Positions 55,706 to 64,000 of a DNA stretch of 64,000 bases are shown here, in pieces; positions within the stretch are counted from its first letter, which is position 1, and every line of letters starts with the position of its first letter. Source of the DNA: Calditrichia bacterium (lineage in GTDB: Bacteria; Calditrichota; Calditrichia; RBG-13-44-9; J075); contig JBOEGD010000030.1 of the NCBI GenBank assembly GCA_050633245.1, positions 153,419 to 217,418 of the forward strand. The letters are read 5' to 3'. Made by a program: the position numbers and the translations under genes. The notes under the pieces were generated by a model that was not told the DNA's origin, searched no databases, and saw only the letters and a program-made list of their open reading frames with translations.

Positions 55706-56221
55706 ATGACAAACAGTACCGGCGCATCAAAAAAATCTGTTAAAATAAAAATTCATGCTCTATCAGACTCATTTTTTCTGGGAAAACGTTCCGATCAATT
55801 GAGCATGCTTATTGAGCAGCAGGTTATTCCGATATTTGAAGATATCGGAATTGTGGTGCCGGTTCGATCCTGCTCACTCGTTGTGGTGCTGGCAGAGTTA
55901 ACTTTTGCTTCTGCCGCTGATCTTGCAAGACAACTGGATCAATCTCACCAGCTGGTTTTGCAGAAGATTCCGGCGTTAGAGCGTTTGAAATTGTTGCGCC
56001 GTCAAAACGATCCGAACGACAAGCGCAGGAAGGTCTTTCAGTTGACATCGGAAGGGCACCAGCAACTGGAGCTTATAAATAAACATATCCGATTGATTGA
56101 ACAGGCATATGAAAAATTGAACGCTGAACTGGGTGTCGATGTGTTTGCGGTATTGGGACGGGCGATAGAAGCGCTTAAAGCAAAGGACCTCTCGACGCGT
56201 ATTGATGAGATAGCTAAATAA
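55706..56221 (+). CDS. MarR family transcriptional regulator
   Basis: wHTH with DPNDKRRKVFQLT; abuts the peptidase stop. Confidence 0.88.
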   Translation: MTNSTGASKKSVKIKIHALSDSFFLGKRSDQLSMLIEQQVIPIFEDIGIVVPVRSCSLVVVLAELTFASAADLARQLDQSHQLVLQKIPALERLKLLRRQNDPNDKRRKVFQLTSEGHQQLELINKHIRLIEQAYEKLNAELGVDVFAVLGRAIEALKAKDLSTRIDEIAK

Positions 56222-56349
56222 TCTTCCACTACTGATGTGAATGCATGTTGAAATCGGTGCTATAATTTAAAATGCAAACGTCGTGTTTGCGCTTCAACCT
56301 CTTTCGGTCAGACAAATACATCAACAGCTATTACAAAGCATAATAAATA

Positions 56350-56799
56350 CTACTGGTTCGCTTTTATTTCAATTCCGAGAGATTTTCGAAGTAGCGTCTC
56401 TGTTTTGGTAAGATCATGTAGGCTATATTTATCAAGCACCGCAATAAATGCCTGGATTGCCTCGTTTAGTATATTTTGTAGCCGACAGTTTGGGGCAATG
56501 CAGCAGGTATTTGTCTCTGGATCAAAACATTCAACAATTTTAAAATCTTCCTCCGTTGTTCTGATAACGGCACCGATATTAATTTCTGTCGGCTTCCTTG
56601 CAAGAAGCAAACCTCCTGAGCGTCCACGGATGGCTTTTACATAACCTGCCTGTTTTAAGCCACTGGCAACCTTCATTAGGTGATTTTTCGAAATATCATA
56701 ACTCGTAGCGATTTCCTTTATCGTTGCAGGCTTGTCAAAATTTAATGCCAGATACAAAAGAACTCGCAAAGAGTAATCGCTGTAAAGTGTTAGGCGCAT
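56350..56799 (-). CDS. nsrR: Rrf2 family NO-sensing repressor NsrR
   Basis: MRLTLYSDYSLRVLLYL, ISKNHLMKV, RGRSGG, C-x6-CC-x4-C. Confidence 0.88.
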   Translation of the reverse strand: MRLTLYSDYSLRVLLYLALNFDKPATIKEIATSYDISKNHLMKVASGLKQAGYVKAIRGRSGGLLLARKPTEINIGAVIRTTEEDFKIVECFDPETNTCCIAPNCRLQNILNEAIQAFIAVLDKYSLHDLTKTETLLRKSLGIEIKANQ

Positions 56800-56861
56800 G
56801 TGCCATCTCCATAAAAGATGTACTTTAAATGTTGCAATTTCCAAGTGATTGACCTAGTTTA

Positions 56862-56884
56862 AAGATATATCTAAAATACTTCTT
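56862..56884. promoter_or_regulatory. NsrR operator
   Basis: AAGATATATCTAAAATACTTCTT resembles the AAGATGCAT-N5-ATRCATCTT consensus; a second half-site lies at 56815. Confidence 0.7.
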
Positions 56885-56913
56885 TTGAAACTTGTTTTCT
56901 TTGGAGTCAAAAT

Positions 56914-57300
56914 ATGAAGAGTGTAGAGATTACAGAAGAGACAATAAAGACGTTGGTAGATCAGTTTTATATTCGCGTGCGGTCTGATAGTGAACTTGGT
57001 CCGGTGTTTAATCAGGCGTTGGGATACTCGGATGAAGAATGGCAACCACACCTCGAACGTATGTATAGCTTCTGGTCTTCTATTATGTTGGCGAGCCGCA
57101 GATATCATGGTAACCCGATTCAAAAGCACCTAAATCTTCCGGCCTTCGATAGAAGTTTGTTCGATCGTTGGTTAGAGCTCTTTTCAGAAACAGCAAATGA
57201 GGTGCATGAGCCTGAAGTCGCGCAAAAATATATAATCAAGGGTCAAAATATTGCGAAAAATTTTAAGCAGATGCTCTATCCAAAAACAGAGGCAAGATGA
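56914..57300 (+). CDS. Group III truncated haemoglobin (trHbP)
   Basis: LVDQFY, LGPVF, WQPHL, FWSS, H...P, FDRWLELF. Confidence 0.92.
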   Translation: MKSVEITEETIKTLVDQFYIRVRSDSELGPVFNQALGYSDEEWQPHLERMYSFWSSIMLASRRYHGNPIQKHLNLPAFDRSLFDRWLELFSETANEVHEPEVAQKYIIKGQNIAKNFKQMLYPKTEAR

Positions 57301-57566
57301 AAACGCTACCGGATTCTGTCAGTTGTTATAATACAACAGCCGTGTTTACAGAAGACACGATGCCTGAGGGAATAAAAAAAGATCATTTCACAAAAAGGGG
57401 AACGTGGGGCATCATCCGCGTCCATGAAGGTGAGTTGGAATATGTTACCGGAAATGGAAAAACCCACATTTTAAACTCCGAAAAACCAGGCTTGATTGAA
57501 CCAGAGGTTAAGCATTTTGTCAAACCTCGGGGCGCCGTTGTCTTTCATCTTGAATTTTATAAATAG
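57297..57566 (+). CDS. DUF1971 (TehB/YeaR-like cupin)
   Basis: HFTKRGTWG, GELEY, IEPEVKHFV, LEFY; ATGA overlap with trHb. Confidence 0.88.
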   Translation: MKTLPDSVSCYNTTAVFTEDTMPEGIKKDHFTKRGTWGIIRVHEGELEYVTGNGKTHILNSEKPGLIEPEVKHFVKPRGAVVFHLEFYK

Positions 57567-57623
57567 TCTACTATTGAAAACGATATTATATTTTGCTGCC
57601 GTGAATAGACTTTAGGGGATTAC

Positions 57624-58160
57624 ATGCTTCGCTTTATTATGTTTCTTTTTATGACCGCATCAGGACCTTTGCTCTTCAGCTGTTCGGGAGACCATGAAAA
57701 TTCCGATTATGATGCAGCTGAACATCATACTGAGGAAGATCATCACGGACATGACACTGAAAGTATCGTAAGGCCGGAAACGCTTCAATTACCTGAGAAC
57801 CTGGCGGCTGTACTAAGAATGGAAATGATCGAGATCTCGAATAATATGGGGCCATTGCTGGATCATCTTTCTCGCGGCAATAGCGCTGAAGCAGCAAGTA
57901 TCGCCGATAAAATTCAAAATAGCTTTATTTTGAAACAACAGCTTTCTTCGGATGAATTAAAAGAGCTGGTTAGCCTTTTGCCCACAGATTTTGTAACGCT
58001 TGATCGTGCGTTCCACGGTGATGCAGGAAAATTAGCAGGCGCAGTGCGCAAAAACGACTTCACATCAGCGGCCGCGCTGTATAGCAAAATGGCGGTTGCC
58101 TGCGTTGCCTGTCATGGCAAATACGCAACGAATCGCTTTCCCGGCTTATTGCCTCATTAA
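57624..58160 (+). CDS. Cytochrome c'-like lipoprotein with His-rich linker
   Basis: LFS-C lipobox, EHHTEEDHHGH, helical body, C-terminal CVACH. Confidence 0.8.
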   Translation: MLRFIMFLFMTASGPLLFSCSGDHENSDYDAAEHHTEEDHHGHDTESIVRPETLQLPENLAAVLRMEMIEISNNMGPLLDHLSRGNSAEAASIADKIQNSFILKQQLSSDELKELVSLLPTDFVTLDRAFHGDAGKLAGAVRKNDFTSAAALYSKMAVACVACHGKYATNRFPGLLPH

Positions 58161-58277
58161 GCACTGTGTTTGTATCCGGATTCTTTGTGACTTGATAGTG
58201 GGAATCTGGTTTGCGTCTTTCTTTTTTATCAATGCGTCTTATCTTTAAATCACGCATTTCTATGAAAAGGAGCTCGC

Positions 58278-59423
58278 ATGGCGAACAACAAGCAGTCTTT
58301 GGATACACTTTTAGCACAAGCCGGACATCAAATTGATCCGACAACAGGTGCAATTAACCCGGCAATCCACCTTTCTACCACCTTTGCTCGCGACAAAAAT
58401 TACGAGCTCATTGGCAACTATATTTACGGTCGCTATCAAAACCCAACCTACGATCCTGTTGAACAGCTTATGGCGCAGCTTGAAGAAGGTGCGGAAGCGT
58501 TGGTCTTTGCATCGGGAATGGCTGCATTGTGTGCGGTATTTGAAACGTTGAACAGTGGAGACCATGTTGTTGCTCCGCAGATTATGTATCATGGTGGGCA
58601 GGATTGGTTACGTCGTATTTCGGAGAAGCGCGGGATTGGGTTAACATTATTTGATCAAAGGCAGGAAGGTGCTCTTGCTGGGGCAATTATTCAGGGTAAG
58701 ACGAAAATCGTCTGGATCGAGTCACCAGTCAATCCCACCTGGGATGTAATCGATATTGCTGCTTCAGCAAAGATCGCGCATGAGGCCGGCGCTGCTCTTG
58801 CAGTTGATTGCACGGTTGCACCTCCGGTTACCACAAAGGCACTTACTCTTGGCGCCGACTTGGTGTTTCATTCCGCGACCAAATACCTTGCTGGTCATAG
58901 TGATGTTTTAGCCGGAATGCTTGTTACGCGGGAACTTGATGAGCGTTGGGAAGATATAAAGCAGGTACGCAAGTTCGTTGGCGGCGTTATTGGTCCCGTT
59001 GAAGCCTGGCTTTTACTACGCGGTATGCGCACGTTGTCTTTACGATTTGAAAGAGCATCGCAAAATGCCCTGAAAATTGCGCGTCATTTTGAACATCATT
59101 CACGTATCGAAAAAGTGCTTTATCCTGGCTTGAAAAATCATCCGGGACATGCCATTGCAAGCAAGCAGATGACCGGAGGATTTGGTGGTATGTTATCGAT
59201 GTTAGTAGATGATGACGAGGCAGCAAGTCAAAAAATTGCTACACGTCTTCGCTGCTTTATTGTGGCAACATCGCTCGGTGGCATTGAGAGCCTTGTAGAG
59301 CACCGAGCGTCAGTTGAAGGACCCCGTAGTCAAGTGCCCAAAAACCTGCTGCGGTTTTCTATAGGGATTGAGGCTCCACATGATTTAATTGCAGACCTTG
59401 AACAAGCGCTTGAAAAGTCGTAA
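58278..59423 (+). CDS. Cystathionine gamma-synthase/lyase family PLP enzyme
   Basis: YGRYQNPT, SGMAA, ESPVNP, HSATKYLAGHSD, SLGGIES. Confidence 0.92.
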   Translation: MANNKQSLDTLLAQAGHQIDPTTGAINPAIHLSTTFARDKNYELIGNYIYGRYQNPTYDPVEQLMAQLEEGAEALVFASGMAALCAVFETLNSGDHVVAPQIMYHGGQDWLRRISEKRGIGLTLFDQRQEGALAGAIIQGKTKIVWIESPVNPTWDVIDIAASAKIAHEAGAALAVDCTVAPPVTTKALTLGADLVFHSATKYLAGHSDVLAGMLVTRELDERWEDIKQVRKFVGGVIGPVEAWLLLRGMRTLSLRFERASQNALKIARHFEHHSRIEKVLYPGLKNHPGHAIASKQMTGGFGGMLSMLVDDDEAASQKIATRLRCFIVATSLGGIESLVEHRASVEGPRSQVPKNLLRFSIGIEAPHDLIADLEQALEKS

Positions 59424-59476
59424 ACTGCTGCGCTCTAATTATATTCGCATTCAAAACTTTACACGGATCTTACTAC

Positions 59477-60223
59477 ATGACAAACCTTTATTCTCGACTG
59501 CTTTTGATAACACTCTTTTGCCTTACTGGCAGCTCTCTTGCTCAGGAATCGTATGCAAAGTTCTGGATTGAAATTGATGGCGCTTTTCAAGGTGTTGACG
59601 GAAGCGGCTTAGGAAGCTTTGATGTAACTCGTCCATTAGCTGAAACTTCTACCGCAGGGCAAAGAGTAACTGTTGCTCAATTGGGTCTTGGTTGGGACAA
59701 CACCAACCTAAACGGCTATGGTGCGAAAATAGGTGTGGCATTAGCTCCGGAATTTAGCTTTGCATTGGGATATACTGTTTTTGAGTCAAAATCCTTTACG
59801 CAAAATGAACAGACGAGTGACTTCGATATTAACGCCTATTCTGATTATACTCGAAGAACCCTTAATCTACAGATTGAAGTGTCGCCACCATTGCGCTGGA
59901 TGTATTTGTCTGGCGGTATGGAAATGGCTTTCTCGGATTTGGATTACCGTTCAATCATTGATGCCTCGACCATCATTACCAATGAGCGCTTTGAGAGTGC
60001 AGAAACCAATGCGAAAAACTTCGACACTGGGTTTTACGGTGGATTTGGCCTGAAGATCTTAGATAACAAAATTATTCCCAACCTGGCAATTGTTACGCAG
60101 GCCTCGTTGATCTTTTCTACGCTCAGCACCGAACTCGATGATGAAATTGGCGATGGTGGTGAATCGACGATCACAATGGACGGCGTGCGTTTTGACATCG
60201 GTCTTCGCTATGGGCTGCGTTAA
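59477..60223 (+). CDS. Outer-membrane beta-barrel, hypothetical
   Basis: Signal peptide; terminal strand RFDIGLRY. Confidence 0.6.
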   Translation: MTNLYSRLLLITLFCLTGSSLAQESYAKFWIEIDGAFQGVDGSGLGSFDVTRPLAETSTAGQRVTVAQLGLGWDNTNLNGYGAKIGVALAPEFSFALGYTVFESKSFTQNEQTSDFDINAYSDYTRRTLNLQIEVSPPLRWMYLSGGMEMAFSDLDYRSIIDASTIITNERFESAETNAKNFDTGFYGGFGLKILDNKIIPNLAIVTQASLIFSTLSTELDDEIGDGGESTITMDGVRFDIGLRYGLR

Positions 60224-60226
60224 GCC

Positions 60227-60802
60227 ATGGCGAAATTTGAAGAGCTCCTGAAAGATGTGCGAAGCTGCACAATATGCAAAGATCTGCCGCTTGGGCCTCA
60301 GCCGCTGCTTCAGGTTCACCCCGAGGCGTTTATTTTAATTGCCGGACAGGCACCTGGCCGCAAAACACATGAAATTGGAATTCCCTTTGATGACGCCAGC
60401 GGAAAACGGCTTCGCGACTGGTTAGGAATCGATCGCGATACGTTTTACAACCCTGAAAAAATCGCTATTTTACCGATGGGGTTTTGTTTTCCAGGAACGG
60501 GTAAGGGAGGTGATCTGCCACCACGTGCGGAATGTGCACCTGCATGGAGAGATCAGTTAACGTCGCACTTGCCGAATATTCGTCTAACGCTGGTTATTGG
60601 TCAATATGCACTTGATCATTACTTGGGGAGTCGCCGTAAAAAGAACCTTACGGAGACGGTCAGAGCATGGCAAGAATACCTGCCGGATGTTCTTCCGCTG
60701 CCCCACCCCAGTCCACGCAACAACATTTGGCTGCGAAAAAATCCCTGGTTTGAAACGGACGTGCTTCCGTTTCTTCAGAAAATAGTTCGGGAGAATCTAT
60801 AA
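60227..60802 (+). CDS. Uracil-DNA glycosylase-like protein
   Basis: CTIC, GQAPG, MGFCFPG, HPSPRN. Confidence 0.9.
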   Translation: MAKFEELLKDVRSCTICKDLPLGPQPLLQVHPEAFILIAGQAPGRKTHEIGIPFDDASGKRLRDWLGIDRDTFYNPEKIAILPMGFCFPGTGKGGDLPPRAECAPAWRDQLTSHLPNIRLTLVIGQYALDHYLGSRRKKNLTETVRAWQEYLPDVLPLPHPSPRNNIWLRKNPWFETDVLPFLQKIVRENL

Positions 60803-61435
60803 ATGCACGTTACTGCTGAAGATATCGTTTCTATGGAGCAACGCTATCGCGCGCATTTTGTAAACAGCCTCTCAGGATTTAAAAGTGCCAACCTGGTTGG
60901 CAGTGTCGATAACGCCGGAAACAATAATCTCGCAATCATAAGCTCTGTTTTTCATCTTGGCGCAAATCCACCACTAATTGGCATGATCATTCGCCCGCAC
61001 ACTGCGCCTCGCGGAACCTTTGAGAATATTCTTGCCTCCGGCTTTTATACAATTAACCATGTAAATGCCGATATCTTTGAGAAGGCACATCAAACATCTG
61101 CCCGCTACCGCGAAAGCGTATCGGAATTTCGCGAAGTAGGTTTGACACCTGAGTCTTCAAAGCGACACCCTGCTCCCTATGTGCAAGAGAGTCGATTGAA
61201 AATCGGCGTATTTTTTTGTGAACATAAAACCATCGAGTTAAATGGAACGAATTTGATTATTGGCGAGATCGTTGAAGTCTTAGTAGACGATTCTGTCGTA
61301 AAGGAAGATGGTTTTATCGATATTGAGAGCTTGGATACTGTAGCCGTTTCCGGACTGGATCGTTATCATCAAACCAAAGCGCTTGCCCGATTGAGTTATG
61401 CAAAGCCACACCGCAATCCTGAACGTGTCGATTAA
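60803..61435 (+). CDS. Flavin reductase-like protein
   Basis: NSLSGFKSANL, NLAIISSVFHLG, AHQTSARY. Confidence 0.85.
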   Translation: MHVTAEDIVSMEQRYRAHFVNSLSGFKSANLVGSVDNAGNNNLAIISSVFHLGANPPLIGMIIRPHTAPRGTFENILASGFYTINHVNADIFEKAHQTSARYRESVSEFREVGLTPESSKRHPAPYVQESRLKIGVFFCEHKTIELNGTNLIIGEIVEVLVDDSVVKEDGFIDIESLDTVAVSGLDRYHQTKALARLSYAKPHRNPERVD

Positions 61436-61634
61436 GTTGCAAGTGCCTTTTGCCTCTCACTGAGTATAACCCGAATTTCATAGATTTGTAATTTTAAGAT
61501 TGTAATACACGAGCAATATTATAAGATTACTGCTAAGTTGGCGAGCGAAATGCTCGGCTTACTGACAGGATTGTCATCGCGTTACGATTTATACCTATCT
61601 TCATATCTAAACTTTATACAGGTTTTGGAGTCTT

Positions 61635-62393
61635 ATGACAAAAAAAATAAAGAATGTTATTTGCGATATCGACGGTGTATTGCTGCACAATAACGAACTT
61701 ATTGAAGGTAGCGATACCTTTTTAAATCGCATTTTGGAGCAGGGGATCCCACTTGTTATTCTCACTAACTATCCATCTCAAACTCAGGCCGATTTACAAA
61801 ATCGACTTAGATCTGCCGGAATAGATGTTCCCAAGAAGTGTTTATACACCTCTGCTATGGCTACAGCTGCGTTTCTTGAACGGCAGGAAGGTAGAAAGGC
61901 TTACGTAATCGGTGAGGGAGCATTGACCCATGAGCTATACAATATTGGGTTTACCATCACCGATATCAACCCAGACTTTGTTATCGTTGGCGAAACGAAG
62001 TCGTACAATTGGGATATGATTCAGAAATCATCCTATTTTATTATGAATGGCGCACGTTTTATTGCAACAAATCCGGATGTCGCCGGTCCAAAAGGACATC
62101 CAGCCTGTGGCGCGCTTTGTGCTCCGATTGAGCGAATAACCGGTAAAAAGCCGTTTTATATGGGCAAACCAAGTCCATGGATTATGCGTGCTGCGCTAAA
62201 CAATATGGATGCGCATTCCGAGGATACAGTAATAATTGGAGATAATCTGCGAACGGATATACTTGCCGGCATTCAAGCTGGTTTGGAGACCATTCTGGTA
62301 CTGACCGGATACAGCCAGATGGCTGATTTGGATCAGGTGCCGTGGCAGCCGAGTCACATCTTTCCACGCGCAGGCGATATTGATGTAATTTAG
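61635..62393 (+). CDS. nagD: HAD-IIA nucleotidase NagD
   Basis: CDIDGVL, TNYPSQT, GKPSPW, GDNLRTDI; closely resembles E. coli NagD. Confidence 0.93.
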   Translation: MTKKIKNVICDIDGVLLHNNELIEGSDTFLNRILEQGIPLVILTNYPSQTQADLQNRLRSAGIDVPKKCLYTSAMATAAFLERQEGRKAYVIGEGALTHELYNIGFTITDINPDFVIVGETKSYNWDMIQKSSYFIMNGARFIATNPDVAGPKGHPACGALCAPIERITGKKPFYMGKPSPWIMRAALNNMDAHSEDTVIIGDNLRTDILAGIQAGLETILVLTGYSQMADLDQVPWQPSHIFPRAGDIDVI

Positions 62394-62430
62394 TTTAGGC
62401 CATGAGAGTGGTACTCTTGTAAGAGGGGTT

Positions 62431-63132
62431 ATGACTGCAGCTTCACTATACGATTTATTTTATCCATCTATCCGCGGCGTGACGTATGAGGCCGAGGCCG
62501 AGTATTTTCACGGCTTGATTCAATCGAATCTGCCAAAAGCAAAAACAATATTGGATGTTGCTTGTGGTACGGGAGGGCATGCTGCATCGCTTTCCAGATT
62601 CTACAAGATTAGCGGAGTGGATTGTAATAAGAGTTGGTTAAGCCGAGCGCGCGTGCGTACTCCCAACGCTGTTTTTTATGATGGAAAAATGTGTAGTTTT
62701 AACCTCACTAAAACGTTTGATGTGTTGCTTTGTCTTGGCTGTTCTATCGGATATACCAAAACAATCGACGAACTTTATAAAACGCTCGCCAATTTTCGTA
62801 AGCACATGGAAAAGAATGGATTGTTAGTCCTTGAGCCCTGGCTTGCTCCTGAGGAATGGGAGTCTGGAAAAATGGACGTTCACACTTTCCGTACAACATC
62901 GCTAAATATTACTCGTATGACGCACTATGGAATGGACAATGATTTTTCGAAGCTAACGCACGATTATATCATTGAAAGGCAAAGTGGAACCGAGCGCGTA
63001 AAGGAGCAGCATGTTCTGGGTTTATTTACTCCGGAAGATTTGAAAGCCGGGCTTCAGCAAGCTGACTTCGGAAATATTCGCGTCGAAACGTTTATGCCCG
63101 GTCGCAAGCTTTTTATCGCTAAAGCAGAATAA
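62431..63132 (+). CDS. Class I SAM methyltransferase (TylM1/DesVI-like N-methyltransferase)
   Basis: YDLFY, LDVACGTG, SIGY, LEPW, HVLGLFT. Confidence 0.75.
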   Translation: MTAASLYDLFYPSIRGVTYEAEAEYFHGLIQSNLPKAKTILDVACGTGGHAASLSRFYKISGVDCNKSWLSRARVRTPNAVFYDGKMCSFNLTKTFDVLLCLGCSIGYTKTIDELYKTLANFRKHMEKNGLLVLEPWLAPEEWESGKMDVHTFRTTSLNITRMTHYGMDNDFSKLTHDYIIERQSGTERVKEQHVLGLFTPEDLKAGLQQADFGNIRVETFMPGRKLFIAKAE

Positions 63133-63142
63133 GGTTAGTCGA

Positions 63143-63580
63143 TTGACAGAATTGAATCCCATCGCAGAAGTCCGACGTCCATTGGTGGGTGTTGGCGTTA
63201 TCGTATTAAATTCCCAAAAGCAAATATTACTCGGTGAGCGCATTGGATCGCATGGTGCGAACACCTGGTGTTCGCCTGGCGGGCATTTAGAGTTTGGTGA
63301 AACTGTTGAGGAATGTGCGAGAAGAGAAACATTAGAGGAGACCGGGTTAATTTTGTTGAATTTACGACGAGGTCCCTACACAAATGACTATTTCGAAGAA
63401 GAGAGTAAGCACTACATAACCACATTTATTATCGCAGACTCGGTTGGTGATGCCGCGGAAATCTGCGAACCTGATAAATGTTTACAGTGGAAGTGGTTCG
63501 ATTGGAAGCACCAACCAGATGCGCTTTTTCTGCCAAATAAAAACTTGCTGCTAAGTGGGTTTACTCCGCACGAACAATAG
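63143..63580 (+). CDS. Nudix hydrolase (NUDT15-like)
   Basis: PLVGVG, PGGHLEFGETVEECARRETLEETG, EPDKC. Confidence 0.92.
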   Translation: MTELNPIAEVRRPLVGVGVIVLNSQKQILLGERIGSHGANTWCSPGGHLEFGETVEECARRETLEETGLILLNLRRGPYTNDYFEEESKHYITTFIIADSVGDAAEICEPDKCLQWKWFDWKHQPDALFLPNKNLLLSGFTPHEQ

Positions 63581-63923
63581 GCATAAACCGCTCGCGATGT
63601 TGCCACAGTAAAATACCTGTAAAAACAACTGCTAAAATTCCACCTACCGGATTCCGTGGATCAAGAAAAAGATGAAATAGTGCGATGTTAACCACAACCG
63701 GTGTAATTAGCACCAGCGCCAGTGGGATCTTCTTATTGCTAAGCAGCATAAAGGCTGCAGCAACTTCCAGAGCCTTTACCACATAAAGATAATCACTTTC
63801 CACTAAAATCTTCATAAAAGGATGTAAATCGGGTACTTCCATGAACTGATAAAACCCGTTTACGCCGCCAATCAACATCAACAAACCAAGCAGCAGTCTT
63901 GCACCTGTAAAAACATAATTCAC
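63561..63923 (-). CDS. DoxX family membrane protein
   Basis: RLLLG, PVVVNIALFH, four TM helices. Confidence 0.8.
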   Translation of the reverse strand: MNYVFTGARLLLGLLMLIGGVNGFYQFMEVPDLHPFMKILVESDYLYVVKALEVAAAFMLLSNKKIPLALVLITPVVVNIALFHLFLDPRNPVGGILAVVFTGILLWQHRERFMPIVRAE

Positions 63924-64000
63924 TATATCTTCCTTTTTAAGATATTATGGGCGCCAATTGTGCGTAAATAACTGGAACAGTCTTGGGAGAATAAACGAAG

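Noticed and set aside
29353-57300. Other TGA-ending ORFs (kinase, DUF559-like, TPR, trHb) as selenoproteins
   Set aside because: None has a Cys/redox context at the stop, and each stop overlaps a neighbouring gene.
58170-58230. Cobalamin or SAM riboswitch upstream of the transsulfuration gene (gggaatctggt)
   Set aside because: The remaining conserved elements are missing and the region is too short. It is a simple hairpin.

Overview
This is a bacterial chromosome segment at about 42-45% GC (estimated by eye). Gene content fits an FCB-group organism, probably Calditrichota/KSB1-like (inference): a T9SS/FlgD-type C-terminal sorting domain, a PorV-like barrel and a group II GGGP synthase. The first 14 kb is a rearranged origin region: envC, an OM barrel and an orphan parA sit divergent from rpmH-rnpA-yidC-mnmE-mnmG, with two parS sites. 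There is no dnaA, dnaN or parB. A separate ~440-bp intergenic segment (13.5-13.9 kb) looks like oriC, with tandem DnaA boxes, trio-like repeats, an AT-rich tract and an apparent skew flip. The rest mixes housekeeping and accessory genes. Highlights: (1) an nfuA-linked radical SAM enzyme whose apparent stop is very likely a selenocysteine UGA (C-U-A-E-P tail plus SECIS-like hairpin); (2) an orphan SaoD-like DsrE protein; (3) a HipA-like kinase/DUF3037 pair; (4) a perfect 56-bp palindrome before an S41 peptidase-MarR operon; (5) catalytically degenerate DapB and DUF559 homologues; (6) an NMD3-like/GGGP synthase/gmhA cluster; (7) a secreted 7-repeat propeller-FN3 protein; (8) a shared ECF-type promoter motif; (9) an NsrR/truncated haemoglobin cluster; (10) many intergenic 7-8-mer arrays and REP-like hairpins. 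I saw no rRNA, tRNA, CRISPR array, transposase or prophage.
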